Source of the DNA: Macrostomum hystrix
Lineage: Eukaryota; Animalia; Platyhelminthes
Reading direction: 5' to 3'
DNA: 64,000 bases
Assembly: GCA_950097015.1 (NCBI GenBank)
Contig: CATNEN010000007.1
Location: 3,720,001 to 3,784,000, forward strand
Part shown: in pieces, positions 37,001 through 49,400 of the stretch
Numbering within the stretch: position 1 is the stretch's first letter
Layout: each line of letters opens with the position of its first letter
The notes under the pieces: model-generated
What the model saw: only the letters and a program-made list of their open reading frames with translations
The model's database searches: none
Told to the model about the DNA's origin: nothing
Translations under genes and position numbers: made by a program

Positions 37001-40000
37001 TAGTAAGGACTGTAGTAAGGACTGTAGTCATGACTGTAGTAAGGACTGTAGTAAGGACTGTAGTAAGGACTGTAGTAAGGACTGTAGTAAGGACTGTAGT
37101 CATGACTGTAGTAAGGACTGTAGTCATGACTGTAGTAAGGACTGTTGTAAGGACTGTAGTCATGACTGTAGTAAGGACTGTAGTAAGGACTGTAGTCATG
37201 ACTGTAGTAAGGACTGTAGTAAGGACTGTAGTAATGACTGTAGTAAGGACTGTAGTAAGGACTGTAGTCATGACTGTAGTAAGGACTGTAGTAAGGACTG
37301 TAGTCATGACTGTAGTAAGGACTGTAGTAAGGACTGTAGTAAGGACTGTAGTAAGGACTGTAGTCATGACTGTAGTAAGGACTGTAGTAAGGACTGTAGT
37401 AAGGACTGTAGTAAGGACTGTAGTCATGACTGTAGTAAGGACTGTAGTCATGACTGTAGTAAGGACTGTTGTAAGGACTGTAGTCATGACTGTAGTAAGG
37501 ACTGTAGTAAGGACTGTAGTCATGACTGTAGTAAGGACTGTAGTAAGGACTGTAGTCATGACTGTAGTAAGGACTGTAGTCATGACTGTAGTAAGGACTG
37601 TAGTCATGACTGTAGTAAGGACTGTAGTAAGGACTGTAGTAAGGACTGTAGTCATGACTGTAGTAAGGACTGTTGTAAGGACTGTAGTAAGGACTGCAAT
37701 AATTACTGTAGTAAGCGAGAGACGAGCCAGTGTCAATTCAAGGACTACCAAAGTAAGGTATCTACTGTAGTCTTTGTGTCAATTCCATAGAATGATTTCA
37801 TTCTATAGATTATAAACATGGATTACTATATATAGCACAGTTTATAAATAGCATAGGTGCTATAGGGGATGTAGCCTTGAAGGCTGGGAGTTCGAATCCT
37901 GGCTCCATGTGAACATGTCCAAGTCCTTGCATTAAATCAGAGCTGGTCCTTTGCAAAATAGACACATAGTCTATGGCAATGTACTTTTCATTCTCCCTGC
38001 CATTTTTCTTTCCGCAAGTCTTTTTACTCTCAAGTGCCTTTATTTCAGCAATGCACTACGTATGCCTCCATCTGGGTTTACACTGCCTCAGTATCCATCT
38101 ACTCTAGTCACTCTAGTGGTATCAACAAGCTGTTTTAAGACACCGAACAGAACCCAAGGCATGTCAAGGTCCTAATGTCAAGGGGTGTTAGAGATAGTCC
38201 AGTTTTCCTTTGAATACCTTGTGTAAACTTCGTAGTGCGCAAAGAAGGCCATGCTGTGATAGTGCATGTGGCAGAGGTGCCACTCCCAGTGCTCCGTTTG
38301 TCGCAGCGGCAAGAAGTCCCGCGTGCCCTCGTTGGCAACAATGCTGGAGAACCTGAATAAATTGCGGCTGGCGAACGGCCAGTCTGCGCGTGGGACGAGA
38401 GCGGCTTTGTCTTGTAAAGTAATGTAAATGCCGAAATACTCTGCAAGTACTACTTATAGTCGACCAGTTGGCACTTATCACATTTATTGCTTGATATTCT
38501 ATTGTCTTCTAATGTTTTCATCAGCCCATATAACCTCCTTATTAACACTTGCTGTCAATCACCCAACTTCCCCCTCATCATAGATGTGAGCCACCCCCAC
38601 TCCGCCCCTCACCCTGGCTGTGAGCCACCCCATTCCCTTTCCTCCTAACCCTGGCTGTGTGCAACCCCACTCCCACTCCCTTCTCCCTCCCTTCCCACTT
38701 CCTTCCTCCCCACTCACCATGGCTGAGCGCCACCCCACTCCTATTTCCCACCCCCTGGCTGTGAGCCACCCCACTCCCTCCTCACCATGGCTGTGAGCCA
38801 CCCCATTCCCTCTCAACATGGCTGTGAGCCACCCCACTCCCTCTCACCATGTTTGTGCGCAACCCCACTCCCTCCCCGTATCCCCTCCCACCCACTCCCT
38901 TCCCCCAATCTGGCTGGACTCCCCACTCCTATTTCCCACCCGCGCTATTTCCATACTTTTCGCTGGTGGCCAGAAAGCTTACGCGGGTCGTTATTTTTCA
39001 GCTCGAAGGCGACCGGCGAGGCGCACTTTTCCTCCAGCGCGCAGGCCATGTAGTACATGGGAATCCTAGAGATATAGGCCGATGCCTGCAGCGCTTGGGC
39101 ATCTGGCACGAGATCCGGTAGGTCTGCAAGGGGATTTCATTCTCCAATAACCTGACAGAACAAGTATTTGACTCGTGCTTGATTTGACTTGATTTCCTAA
39201 TCATTAACCTGAGGTGCAGGTGACGCCCAGGGCGAGCTGGCTTGACTTGCAAGGCACTCCTTTATTGCTGCCATAGAGAGCACACTGCTCCAACCGAGTC
39301 TCATTGCCCAGACAGTTACCTAGCAACAAATTCTGACGGCTCGAATTCACCAGGCCTTCCAGAACCAGCTCGGAGATTGAGAACTGTGAGAATGTTGACA
39401 GAGAATTCGAAAATGGGTCTGCAACATTCTGTCGGTAGGTTAATAAAAGCATCTTTGAGTAGTCAACTCACCGAGTGCAGAAACCTGCCGTACTCGCCTG
39501 CGCCCAGCTGCCGGCAGATGACGTTGGCCTCGCGAAGTGTGACCGAGTCGATGCAGACTGCACCGGGTGAGCCGTTAGACACCTCGGCCAGGACAGCCAG
39601 AATGCTTCCGGGGCCGAATGGAGCTCCTCTGAGCTTGAACCTTGGCTGCGGGACAGTCAGAAAACGTTGCACACTATCTGAGCACTCTTTCAATCTGAAC
39701 ACTCTTTCACTCTGAGCACTCTTTCACTCTGAGCACTCTTTCAATCTGATCACTCTTTCAATCTGAACACTCTTTCAATCTGAGCACTCTTTCACTCTGA
39801 ACACTCTTTCACTCTGAGCACTCTTTCAATCTGAGCACTCTTTCACTCTGATCACTCTTTCAATCTGAGCACTCTTTCACTCTGATCACTCTTTCACTCT
39901 GATCACTCTTTCACTCTGAGCACTCTTTCAATCTGAACACTCTTTCAATCTGAGCACTCTTTCACTCTGAGCACTCTTTCACTCTGATCACTCTTTCACT

Positions 40001-42233
40001 CTGATCACTCTTTCACTCTGAGCACTCTTTCAATCTGAACACTCTTTCAATCTGCGCACTCTTTCACTCTGAGCACTCTTTCACTCTGAGCACTCTTTCA
40101 ATCTGATCACTCTTTCAATCTGCGCACTCTTTCACTCTGAGCACTCTTTCACTCTGAGCACTCTTTCAATCTGATCACTCTTTCAATCTGAACACTCTTT
40201 CAATCTGAACACTCTTTCAATCTGAGCACTCTTTCACTCTGAGCACTCTTTCACTCTGATCACTCTTTCACTCTGAGCACTCTTTCAATCTATGCACTCT
40301 TTCACTCTGATCACTCTTTCAATCTGATCACTCTTTCACTCTGATCACTCTTTCAATCTGAGCACTCTTTCACTCTGAGCACTCTTTCAATCTGAGCACT
40401 CTTTCACTCTGAGCACTCTTTCAATCTGAACACTCTTTCAATCTGAGCACTCTTTCACTCTGAGCACTCTTTCACTCTGAGCACTATTTCACTCTGATCA
40501 CTCTTTCACTCTGAGCACTCTTTCACTCTGAGCACTCTTTCACTCTGAGCACTCTTTCACTCTGAGCACTCTTTCAATCTGAGCTCTCTTTCACTCTGAT
40601 CACTCTTTCACTCTGATCACTCTTTCACTCTGAGCACTCTTTCAATCTATGCACTCTTTCAATCTGAGCACTCTTTCACTCTGAGCACTCTTTCACTCTT
40701 TCAATTTGAGCAGTTGCCGAGCTGCCTGCTCACCTGAGTGATTGCTTCCAGCCGCTCCTTACTGACAGGCAGTCGCAAGGGGTTCCACGCAGGTGGCGGG
40801 GTTCTGTAGCGACCCATCAGCGAGCAGCGCACTCCTGCGGCTTCGGTGTTGGCGCGACAGTCGTGCTGCCCCAGCTGACGGTGGTGGCAGTCTGTGAGTG
40901 CAGCCTCTCTTCCAGTACATCGGACATCGTCCATGTGCATGATTTCGTCTGTTTGCATGACGTATAATTTAGTATGCATCAAGAACAGTGGGTGAAAAAT
41001 CTAGAACAGTAGGACAAAAATCTAGAACAGTAGGACAAAAATCTAGAACAGTAGGACAAACATCTAGAACAGTAGGACAAACATCTAGAACAGTAGGACA
41101 AACATCTAGAACAGTAGGACAAACATCTAGAACAGTAAGACAAACATCTAGAACAGTAGGACAAACATCTAGAACAGTAAGACAAACATCTAGAACAGTA
41201 GGACAAACATCTAGAACAGTAAGACAAACATCTAGAACAGTAAGACAAACATCTAGAACAGTAGGACAAACATCTAGAACAGTAGGACAAACATCTAGAA
41301 CAGTAGGACAAACATCTAGAACAGTAGGACAAACATCTAGAACAGTAGGACAAACATCTAGAACAATAGGACAAACATCTAGAACAATAGGACAAACATC
41401 TAGAACAGTAGGACAAACATCTAGAACAGTAGGACAAACATCTAGAACAATAGGACAAACATCTAGAACAATAGGACAAACATCTAGAACAGTAAGACAA
41501 ACATCTAGAACAGTAGGACAAACATCTAGAACAGTAGGACAAACATCTAGAACAGTAAGACAAACATCTAGAACAGTAAGACAAACATCTAGAACAGTAA
41601 GACAAACATCTAGAACAGTAGGACAAACATCTAGAACAGTAGGACAAACATCTAGAACAGTAGGACAAACATCTAGAACAGTAAGACAAACATCTAGAAC
41701 AGTAAGACAAACATCTAGAACAGTAAGACAAACATCTAGAACAGTAGGACAAACATCTAGAACAGTAGGACAAACATCTAGAACAGTAAGACAAACATCT
41801 AGAACAGTAAGACAAACATCTAGAACAGTAAGACAAACATCTAGAACAGTAGGACAAGCATCAGATCTGGACAAATGCCAGAGCACTGAGCAGTCGTGTG
41901 CACTCAGAGCCATCACAAGCCGAGCCAGGGCAACTCACCCCTCAACCGTGATCTGTACCGGTTGGCAGTTGAGTAGGCCAGGGCGACTCCAAAGCCAGCC
42001 TGTCGGCAGGCTACCATGGCTGCAGCCAAATTCCATCCATCATCGCAGATGGGTCCCCAGGTGGAGTTGAACAACAGCATCACGGTGCCCTCATTGCTGC
42101 TGTAGCCATCTACCAGTTTGATGGCTGTCGCATCGCCAACAACGTCCTTTGCTGAAACTATGAGGAGACACAGGAGGCTGAGGGGCAACCACTCGGGTTT
42201 GTTAGAAGGTCGTCCTCCTGTACCGGCCTCCAT
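34038..42233 (-). CDS. LOXL: Lysyl oxidase-like protein: signal peptide, 2 SRCR domains, LOX catalytic domain (~516 aa). Exons 42233-41939, 40948-40734, 39645-39472, 39383-39209, 39123-38983, 38410-38218, 34506-34281, 34169-34038
   Basis: All seven GT-AG junctions are phase-consistent. SRCR motifs [23 protein letters not shown] and [16 protein letters not shown]; LOX start DLPDLVPD; copper site [13 protein letters not shown]; LTQ-forming Lys ([10 protein letters not shown]) and Tyr ([16 protein letters not shown]) present; C-terminus [16 protein letters not shown]. Confidence 0.96.
34740..37711. repeat. 12-bp satellite (gactgtagtaag / gactgtagtcat / gactgttgtaag)n, ~247 copies, in LOXL intron 6
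   Basis: Direct reading; a small indel near 36260 shifts the register. Confidence 0.99.
37865..37907 (+). mobile_element. Truncated tRNA-like/SINE head fragment
   Basis: ggggatgtagcc...gagttcgaatcctggctcca has a B box (gttcgaatcc) but is far too short for a cloverleaf. Confidence 0.4.
38565..38940. repeat. Degenerate C-rich tandem repeat (ggctgtgagccaccccactcc-like) in LOXL intron 5
   Basis: Recurrent gctgtgagccacccca units with irregular spacers. Confidence 0.8.
39672..40702. repeat. 17-bp minisatellite (agcactctttcactctg)n in LOXL intron 2
   Basis: Direct reading. Confidence 0.97.
40982..41858. repeat. 21-bp minisatellite (ctagaacagtaggacaaacat)n in LOXL intron 1
   Basis: Direct reading, ~41 copies. 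Confidence 0.98.
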
Positions 42234-42809
42234 TGCACAGAGCCTGAATACTGGTTGCCCAGAGTCTAGTCAGAGCACTGTCGGTGAATTGATAGAGGCG
42301 AATTATGCAGCCGAATGAGCCGAGAGAGCCAGGTCCAACTCAGCGAATAGGTGCAACGGAGGGAGGTGGGCGGCCATGCAGAGAAGGAAAGGCCAATCTA
42401 GCTCTCAACAAGCCACGATGCCTTGACGAGTAAAGAACAAACAAAAAACACTGCTCAGACAGAAAGGCACGAAAAATAGTCTGAGTAGTTTGATATTTGA
42501 GCAGAGCCTGAGAGCAGAGCGGCAGTCTGGGGAAAGAGCGACCGAGAGTGTCGGTAATAGCCAGAAATTGTGCTCACAGAATCAATAGAGGCTTGCACAT
42601 TTTTTTCATAGCCTCATCTGCTACTACAGGCTGATGAAATAAAGGTCATCAATCAGCGGTGCCAAGGTGTGCTTCAAATACTAGCATGACTCAGAGCCCG
42701 GTCGACCTGGACTGACTTTCTGACTCGAACTCGAATTCGAACTCATGACCTCTCATTCAGAAGTCTGAAGTTCTAAAAAATGGGCTAGAAGCACCCAAAA
42801 TATCACGAA

Positions 42810-43047
42810 GTTCCGAAAAAGACAGAGCAGTTCCGAAAAAGACAGAGCAGTTCCGAAAAAGACAGAGCAGTTCCGAAAAAGACAGAGCAGTTCCGAAAAA
42901 GACAGAGCAGTTCCGAAAAAGACAGAGCAGTTCCGAAAAAGACAGAGCAGTTCCGAAAAAGACAGAGCAGTTCCGAAAAAGACAGAGCAGTTCCGAAAAA
43001 GACAGAGCAGTTCCGAAAAAGACAGAGCAGTTCCGAAAAAGACAGAG
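42810..43047. repeat. Perfect 20-bp tandem repeat (gttccgaaaaagacagagca) x~12 between the divergent LOXL and convertase genes
   Basis: Direct reading; no variant units seen. Confidence 0.98.
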
Positions 43048-43474
43048 TAAACTCGTGGAACGGCTTCGTTGTAAATTTTCATCGCGTGCAAATTGTACTA
43101 CCATCAATTAAGTCCGTAATGTTCGTATCGTACGGTTATGGAACCCTTATGTCAGTAGTAAGACGTGATTAAAAATGACGAAATCTTTCAGCGAAAATAT
43201 GGAGGCAGAAATCTCGACTAGATAGTATCTTCCTGCAACATACTACTGACAAGAGTAGAGGAAACGGAAATGCACGACTTGGGGTATGAAGGTAGGTTGA
43301 TGGAAATTGGCGAGAGTTCTTAGCAGTCTCTGGCCAATGGCTGGTAGTCTGGTCCGCCTGGTTATAACCCTGGTTACTGTTCTTAGCTGCGCGAGAAAAG
43401 CCTTGCAAGTGTCACTCACCCATCCCTGTCTCAGCAGCGGCAGCCACGGAACTTAAAGTCTCAGACCCAGCTCA

Positions 43475-46400
43475 ATGACACCCCTGCTCTGCCAGCTGAT
43501 CATTTTGCTAAATATTTTCGTCCTTTCCATCACCGTCGCCGCAACCACTCCAGTTGTTGGCGGCAACTTCGCGCCGTATTGGGCAGTTGAGGTGGCCGGC
43601 GGACCACCGGTTGCCATGGCAATCGCTAAACGGCGCGGATTTGAATTTCTGGGAGAGGTATGTAAGAGTGAGAAGCAGTTGATATTTTTTTCTAAAAAGC
43701 TGAGCTCGAAAGTCCTGATTCGTCAGGATTTGGCGACCCACTGGTTTCACAGAGGCCTCCTCAAATTCGAGCTCAAATTTGTAGATGGAGGCCTTGATCG
43801 TACATTGCGCACTTTCTGCTCAAGAGAAGTTTGACAACGGTGTACACAAGACTGGCGCTGAAATTCTCAAATTGTATGATACGATAACCATGATCCACCA
43901 ATTGGCGCCAAGTTTAAATTTTAGTCGCTGGAAAATATATTGAACAGAATTTCTTGTCTAAAGTTCATGGACCTCGATGTCGGAGACCTGTGACAGTTGC
44001 AGAAGCCAACATCATTGCCTAGCTGGCAAGTTTGAGTGGGTCACTGCTAAACTAAACTAAAACACTCACTGTCTCTGATTCACCAACACTCACTGTCGCT
44101 GATTCACCAACACTCACTGTCTCTGATTCACCAGCACTCACTGTCTCTGATTCACCAACACTCACTGTCTCTGATTCACCAGCACTCACTGTCTCTGATT
44201 CACCAACACTCACTGTCTCTGATTCACCAACACTCACTGTCGCTGATTCACCAACACTCACTGTCGCTGATTCACCAACACTCACTGTCTCTGATTCACC
44301 AGCACTCACTGTCTCTGATTCACCAACACTCACTGTCGCTGATTCACCAACACTCACTGTCTCTGATTCACCAGCACTCACTGTCTCTGATTCACCAACA
44401 CTCACTGTCTCTGATTCACCAACACTCACTGTCTCTGATTCACCAACACTCACTGTCTCTGATTCACCAGCACTCACTGTCTCTGATTCACCAACACTCA
44501 CTGTCTCTGATTCACCAGCACTCACTGTCTCTGATTCACCAACACTCACTGTCGCTGATTCACCAACACTCACTGTCTCTGATTCACCAACACTCACTGT
44601 CTCTGATTCACCAACACTCACTGTCCCTGATTCACCAGCACTCACTGTCTCTGATTCACCAACACTCACTGTCCTTAAGTCACCAACCCTCACTGTCTCT
44701 GATTCACCAACACTCACTGTCGCTGATTCACCAACACTCACTGTCTCTGATTCACCAACCCTCACTGTCTCTGATTCACCAACACTCACTGTCTCTGATT
44801 CACCAGCACTCACTGTCTCTGATTCACCAACACTCACTGTCTCTGATTCACCAACACTCACTGTCTCTGATTCACCAGCACTCACTGTCTCTGATTCACC
44901 AGCACTCACTGTCTCTGATTCACCAACACTCACTGTCTCTGATTCACCAACACTCACTGTCTCTGATTCACCAACACTCACTGTCTCTGATTCACCAACA
45001 CTCACTGTCTCTGATTCACCAGCACTCACTGTCTCTGATTCACCAACACTCACTGTCTCTGATTCACCAGCACTCACTGTCTCTGATTCACCAGCACTCA
45101 CTGTCTCTGATTCACCAACACTCACTGTCTCTGATTCACCAACACTCACTGTCTCTGATTCACCAGCACTCACTGTCTCTGATTCACCAGCACTCACTGT
45201 CTCTGATTCACCAACACTCACTGTCCTTAAGTCACCAACCCTCACTGTCTCTGATTCACCAACACTCACTGTCGCTGATTCACCAACACTCACTGTCTCT
45301 GATTCACCAACCCTCACTGTCTCTGATTCACCAACACTCACTGTCTCTGATTCACCAGCACTCACTGTCTCTGATTCACCAACACTCACTGTCTCTGATT
45401 CACCAACACTCACTGTCTCTGATTCACCAGCACTCACTGTCTCTGATTCACCAGCACTCACTGTCTCTGATTCACCAACACTCACTGTCTCTGATTCACC
45501 AGCACTCACTGTCTCTGATTCACCAACACTCACTGTCTCTGATTCACCAGCACTCACTGTCTCTGATTCACCAGCACTCACTGTCTCTGATTCACCAGCA
45601 CTCACTGTCTCTGATTCACTTGCTCAAATCTCTGAAGTAAAATTGATATGCAAAATAGGTGTAGTTAGTAATTAATTAGTAAAAATGTGGCGCACAGTCA
45701 TCCTTTTTAAGGGGGCCAATCTGTGGCTCGAACACTCAAGCTGGTTCGTTTTAGCACGGCTTTGTGTACGCGAGCTTGTAGCCAAGTTTTGGAAGAAGGC
45801 GTACAGCTCTGGCTGATAGTCTAGACCAGAAATTTTCGTCTGCTTTTAAAAATGTAAAAGTTAAATAAAGCAAGAAAGAAAGCTGTAGACGAACACAGCT
45901 GGCTGTGTTGCGGCAAAGTGCGGCCACACTACGCGATTGCAGATTAATTTGTTGAAATTCGGCAAAAAATATTTCCATGCGTAGATTGGGCTTCTATTTA
46001 TTAAAGTGATTGGGAAATTCTGCCTCTGAAGCTGAATAGTAGGTGAAGTGGAATATCACTTCAGCTTAAGCCATTCGCATGTCCCACACAAGCAGTTCCT
46101 GAACAATGGACACACATGGACACACGAATGGACACACATGGACACACGAATGGACACACATGGACACACGGCTTTCTGTGCTGAGGGCTACCTCATAAAG
46201 CTGTCACGAATTGCCTTGGCATTCGGATTACAGTTCCGTATAGGCATCTTTTTTGTTTCTGAAAAATGTATCCGACTTGTGTTACATATCTGTGTCACAT
46301 ACTTTCCGTGACTCGCCAACAGCACAAACACTCCGAATGGCCACTTGGGACCAGCGCTGATGCCCTTGAAGTTGGTGCAAGCTTCCAATGGCACGACCTT

Positions 46401-49400
46401 CATTGAGCTGAAGCAATGTTTCAGAACCCTGCAACTACATGTCTTCATCTGTGGAAGTATGCAGTCGCCAAACGGTTACACAATGCTGCTTTGACAGCGA
46501 CCTCTTCCTGTGCCTGTCATTTCTCAATATATTATCAGTCCTGGCCTGCATGACTTCCTTGTGTTCACAATGCAACTCTCTGCAGCTGCGTAACGGGGCA
46601 CAGTTTGTTGGTTGCTGCGCCTGACATCCAATTTGTCCTGTGCTGACAAAAGTGCTGCCCATGGCCGAAGTTTATAGGGCCAACTGAACTGTCTCGCAGA
46701 GGACAGCCAGCAGGACTGGAGACTGTCCAAAACAGTACTGCCAAGTAGATAGATGCAGTTGCAATGTTTAACAGCAGGCTCAAGTTGCACAAGGCGGAAA
46801 CACATTGTCGAAGAACAAGTTTTTGTACCAGCGTTGATACAGATCTGCATGTGTTCTGCTGCCCTGCGCAGATGCTGGAGCATTTTTATGCAGTTAATAT
46901 ACGAGTTAAAACTTGTAATTTTGTTACTAATGAAATTTCTGCATTAGCAATTAGCAGTTTTTTAAGATTATTTCTAGCAACACAAAGATAGTGCCATTAA
47001 AATGCAGATTATCGCTGCTTTCGTTATCTCTGAACCACGGGATTCTATTGTACGAGTGGATTTTGGTCAATCCTGGGATCAGAACATACTCGTATATTGC
47101 TTCATAATCTTCCGAATTCAAATTTCATGGCTATATATGGGCAGACATTTTTTCGCTTCCAGCAATAAAAATAAATCAGCGCCTAAATTGCGTGCGGCAT
47201 GATAATAATTATAACAATAAATTCCTAAGTAATATAGGTTTTTTATCATCCAATATTTCTGCATTGTATATACAGTTTGACAATTAGTTTCTACTCGTAT
47301 TTAGGCGATTTTTCGCTACAAATTTAATGCCGCAGGGTTTTCGAAAACATATAGTTTTTTTCTTAACAAATTTTGAAGTTAAATTTGAACTATGTTAAGT
47401 AACATAAAATTTTGTTTGAATAAAAAATGTTTTTTTAAACTAATAGTGCAATATACGAGCATATAATATAGTACAATATTTATATAAAGTGACAATTTAA
47501 ATTAATATAAATTTATCAGCGTCCCGACTCATCATCAAGTAATTATAATGCACAAGTTAGGCACTTGACTTGACTTAGCTGCAGGGGGCATCCTTCGGAT
47601 GCAGCGGGGAGGCGTTGCCGCCCATTCCGCTAGCCCCTGGCGACCACGGGCAACTAAAGCTGCGGTGTCGTGCAGGGGGATCCGGTGATGCCGGCGTCCG
47701 CAGCGCGGTCCTCCTTCGGAGTGTCCAGGAGGTCGAGAGTTGCTCGCCCGGTGGCCCTTAGGTAACGGATGAGCTGGCAGATGTTCTCAGGCCTGAAAAC
47801 GTCGGGGAGATCCGGGTTTGGGCCGAGATAGGTGAGCCTGTCCTGAGTGAAGGCGGGGCAGTCGCAAATAAAATGCTCTGCATCCTAAACGTAGGAGAGG
47901 CAGAAGGGGCATTCCTCACTGCGGATTTTGCCTTGCAGGAAGCGGTGCCTGGCGAAACAGCCATGGCCAGAGAGGGCCATGGTAACTGCCCTGATGTCCC
48001 TGCGGTTAAGTCCAAAGCAGGGCTTTGCGAAGGGCAGTGGAGGGACAAGGAACAGCAGCGCGAGACTGCTGACAATCGGCGGTATTGATCCACCTGTCCT
48101 TGTGCTTTGAGACCACCCACTGGTTAATCCGAGTGTTGACGACGGCGGTAGGGGTAGAGACCGCAGGCACGGGGCCAAAAAGCGAACTCGTCGAACCGGC
48201 CGTGGCGAGGCTGTCGGCCAATTCGTTACCAGGGTGGCCTTGACAGGTGGCAGGAACAACGGATTCTAACTGGTTGGTCTGGCGCTTCATAGATTCCGCA
48301 AAGGCCGTCCAGTCAGTATTCCGGGCGTTCCTTTTCCACATGCAGAATACCAGGCTTGGAGTAGGAGCTTTGCAACCGGAAGCGAATGAAGCGATGGTCA
48401 GACAGAGATTCTTCTTCGTCCCACACCTGCCAGTCTCTGATCAGAGGGATCAGGCCCTGAGAGGCGAGGGTGGCGTCAAGGACCTCCGTCCATCGCCCAT
48501 TGTCAAAGGTGGGTGTGCCACCCGAGTTGCAGAACTCAATATTGGTGGTGCAGATGTAGGCAAGGAGATCCTCGCCTCTGCAGTTTGAAGTAACACTGCC
48601 CCAGTGGGTGTGGTGGGCATTTATGTCGCCTGCCACCAGCAGCTCAAAGTCGCGGTCTGAGCAGTAATCCACGAGGGAAGTGAGACTGGGCGGAACCACA
48701 GGACCGTCACCAGGAATGTAGATAGAGGCGATGATGACGGTGCGGTTCGGGAGAATATGGTTGGTTTGGATGACACAGAGATCTTTGTCAGAGAGGTCTG
48801 GTCTATGCCAAGCTTTGAGATTGGTAGTCGCGAACACAGCAGCCCTGGGGTTTTGGGGCATGAAAAAACTGTCAAAACCTGCAGGAATGTTCGGAATCTT
48901 ACCTTTCTTCGTCCAGGGCTCCTGGAGGAGGATGATGCCCGGTTTTACGAAGTCCACCACACGCGCCAGGTTGGTCGAGGCCGCGATGCAGTGGTGCAGT
49001 TTCAGCTGCAGGAAGCTCACCCCAGGAGGGGCGGTCCGTGCGGCTATCTGCTGGCCTACGGCGAGTTGTTCAGGAGAGATTCCTCGTCCTCGCCGGTGTT
49101 TTGCCCGAGCTCCATCGGTTCCTCCTGAATCGGATCCAGAGCCGAGGCTGGGGCTGCCGCAACAGCGGCGTCCGTATCCTCAGCCCGGTTTTCCGCCGGG
49201 GGTTCCGATGGACATTGGGCCGGGTGGTGCTGCGGTGGCGTCCTCTGTTGGGGTCCGGCAGCTGTTTGGCGCGCTGAGTCAGGCCAGTGCGGATGGTGTT
49301 GCGGGCGGGTTTCCGGCCCTTACCACGTCCGCCTGTCGCTGCGGCTCTCGCGGCTTTGCCCCTGATAGGATCCGCATCCTCGGAGTGGTCGTGACGGTCA

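Noticed and set aside
37865-37907. tRNA gene (also 55189-55260 and 57336-57400)
   Set aside because: B boxes are present but no complete cloverleaf; better explained as SINE heads.
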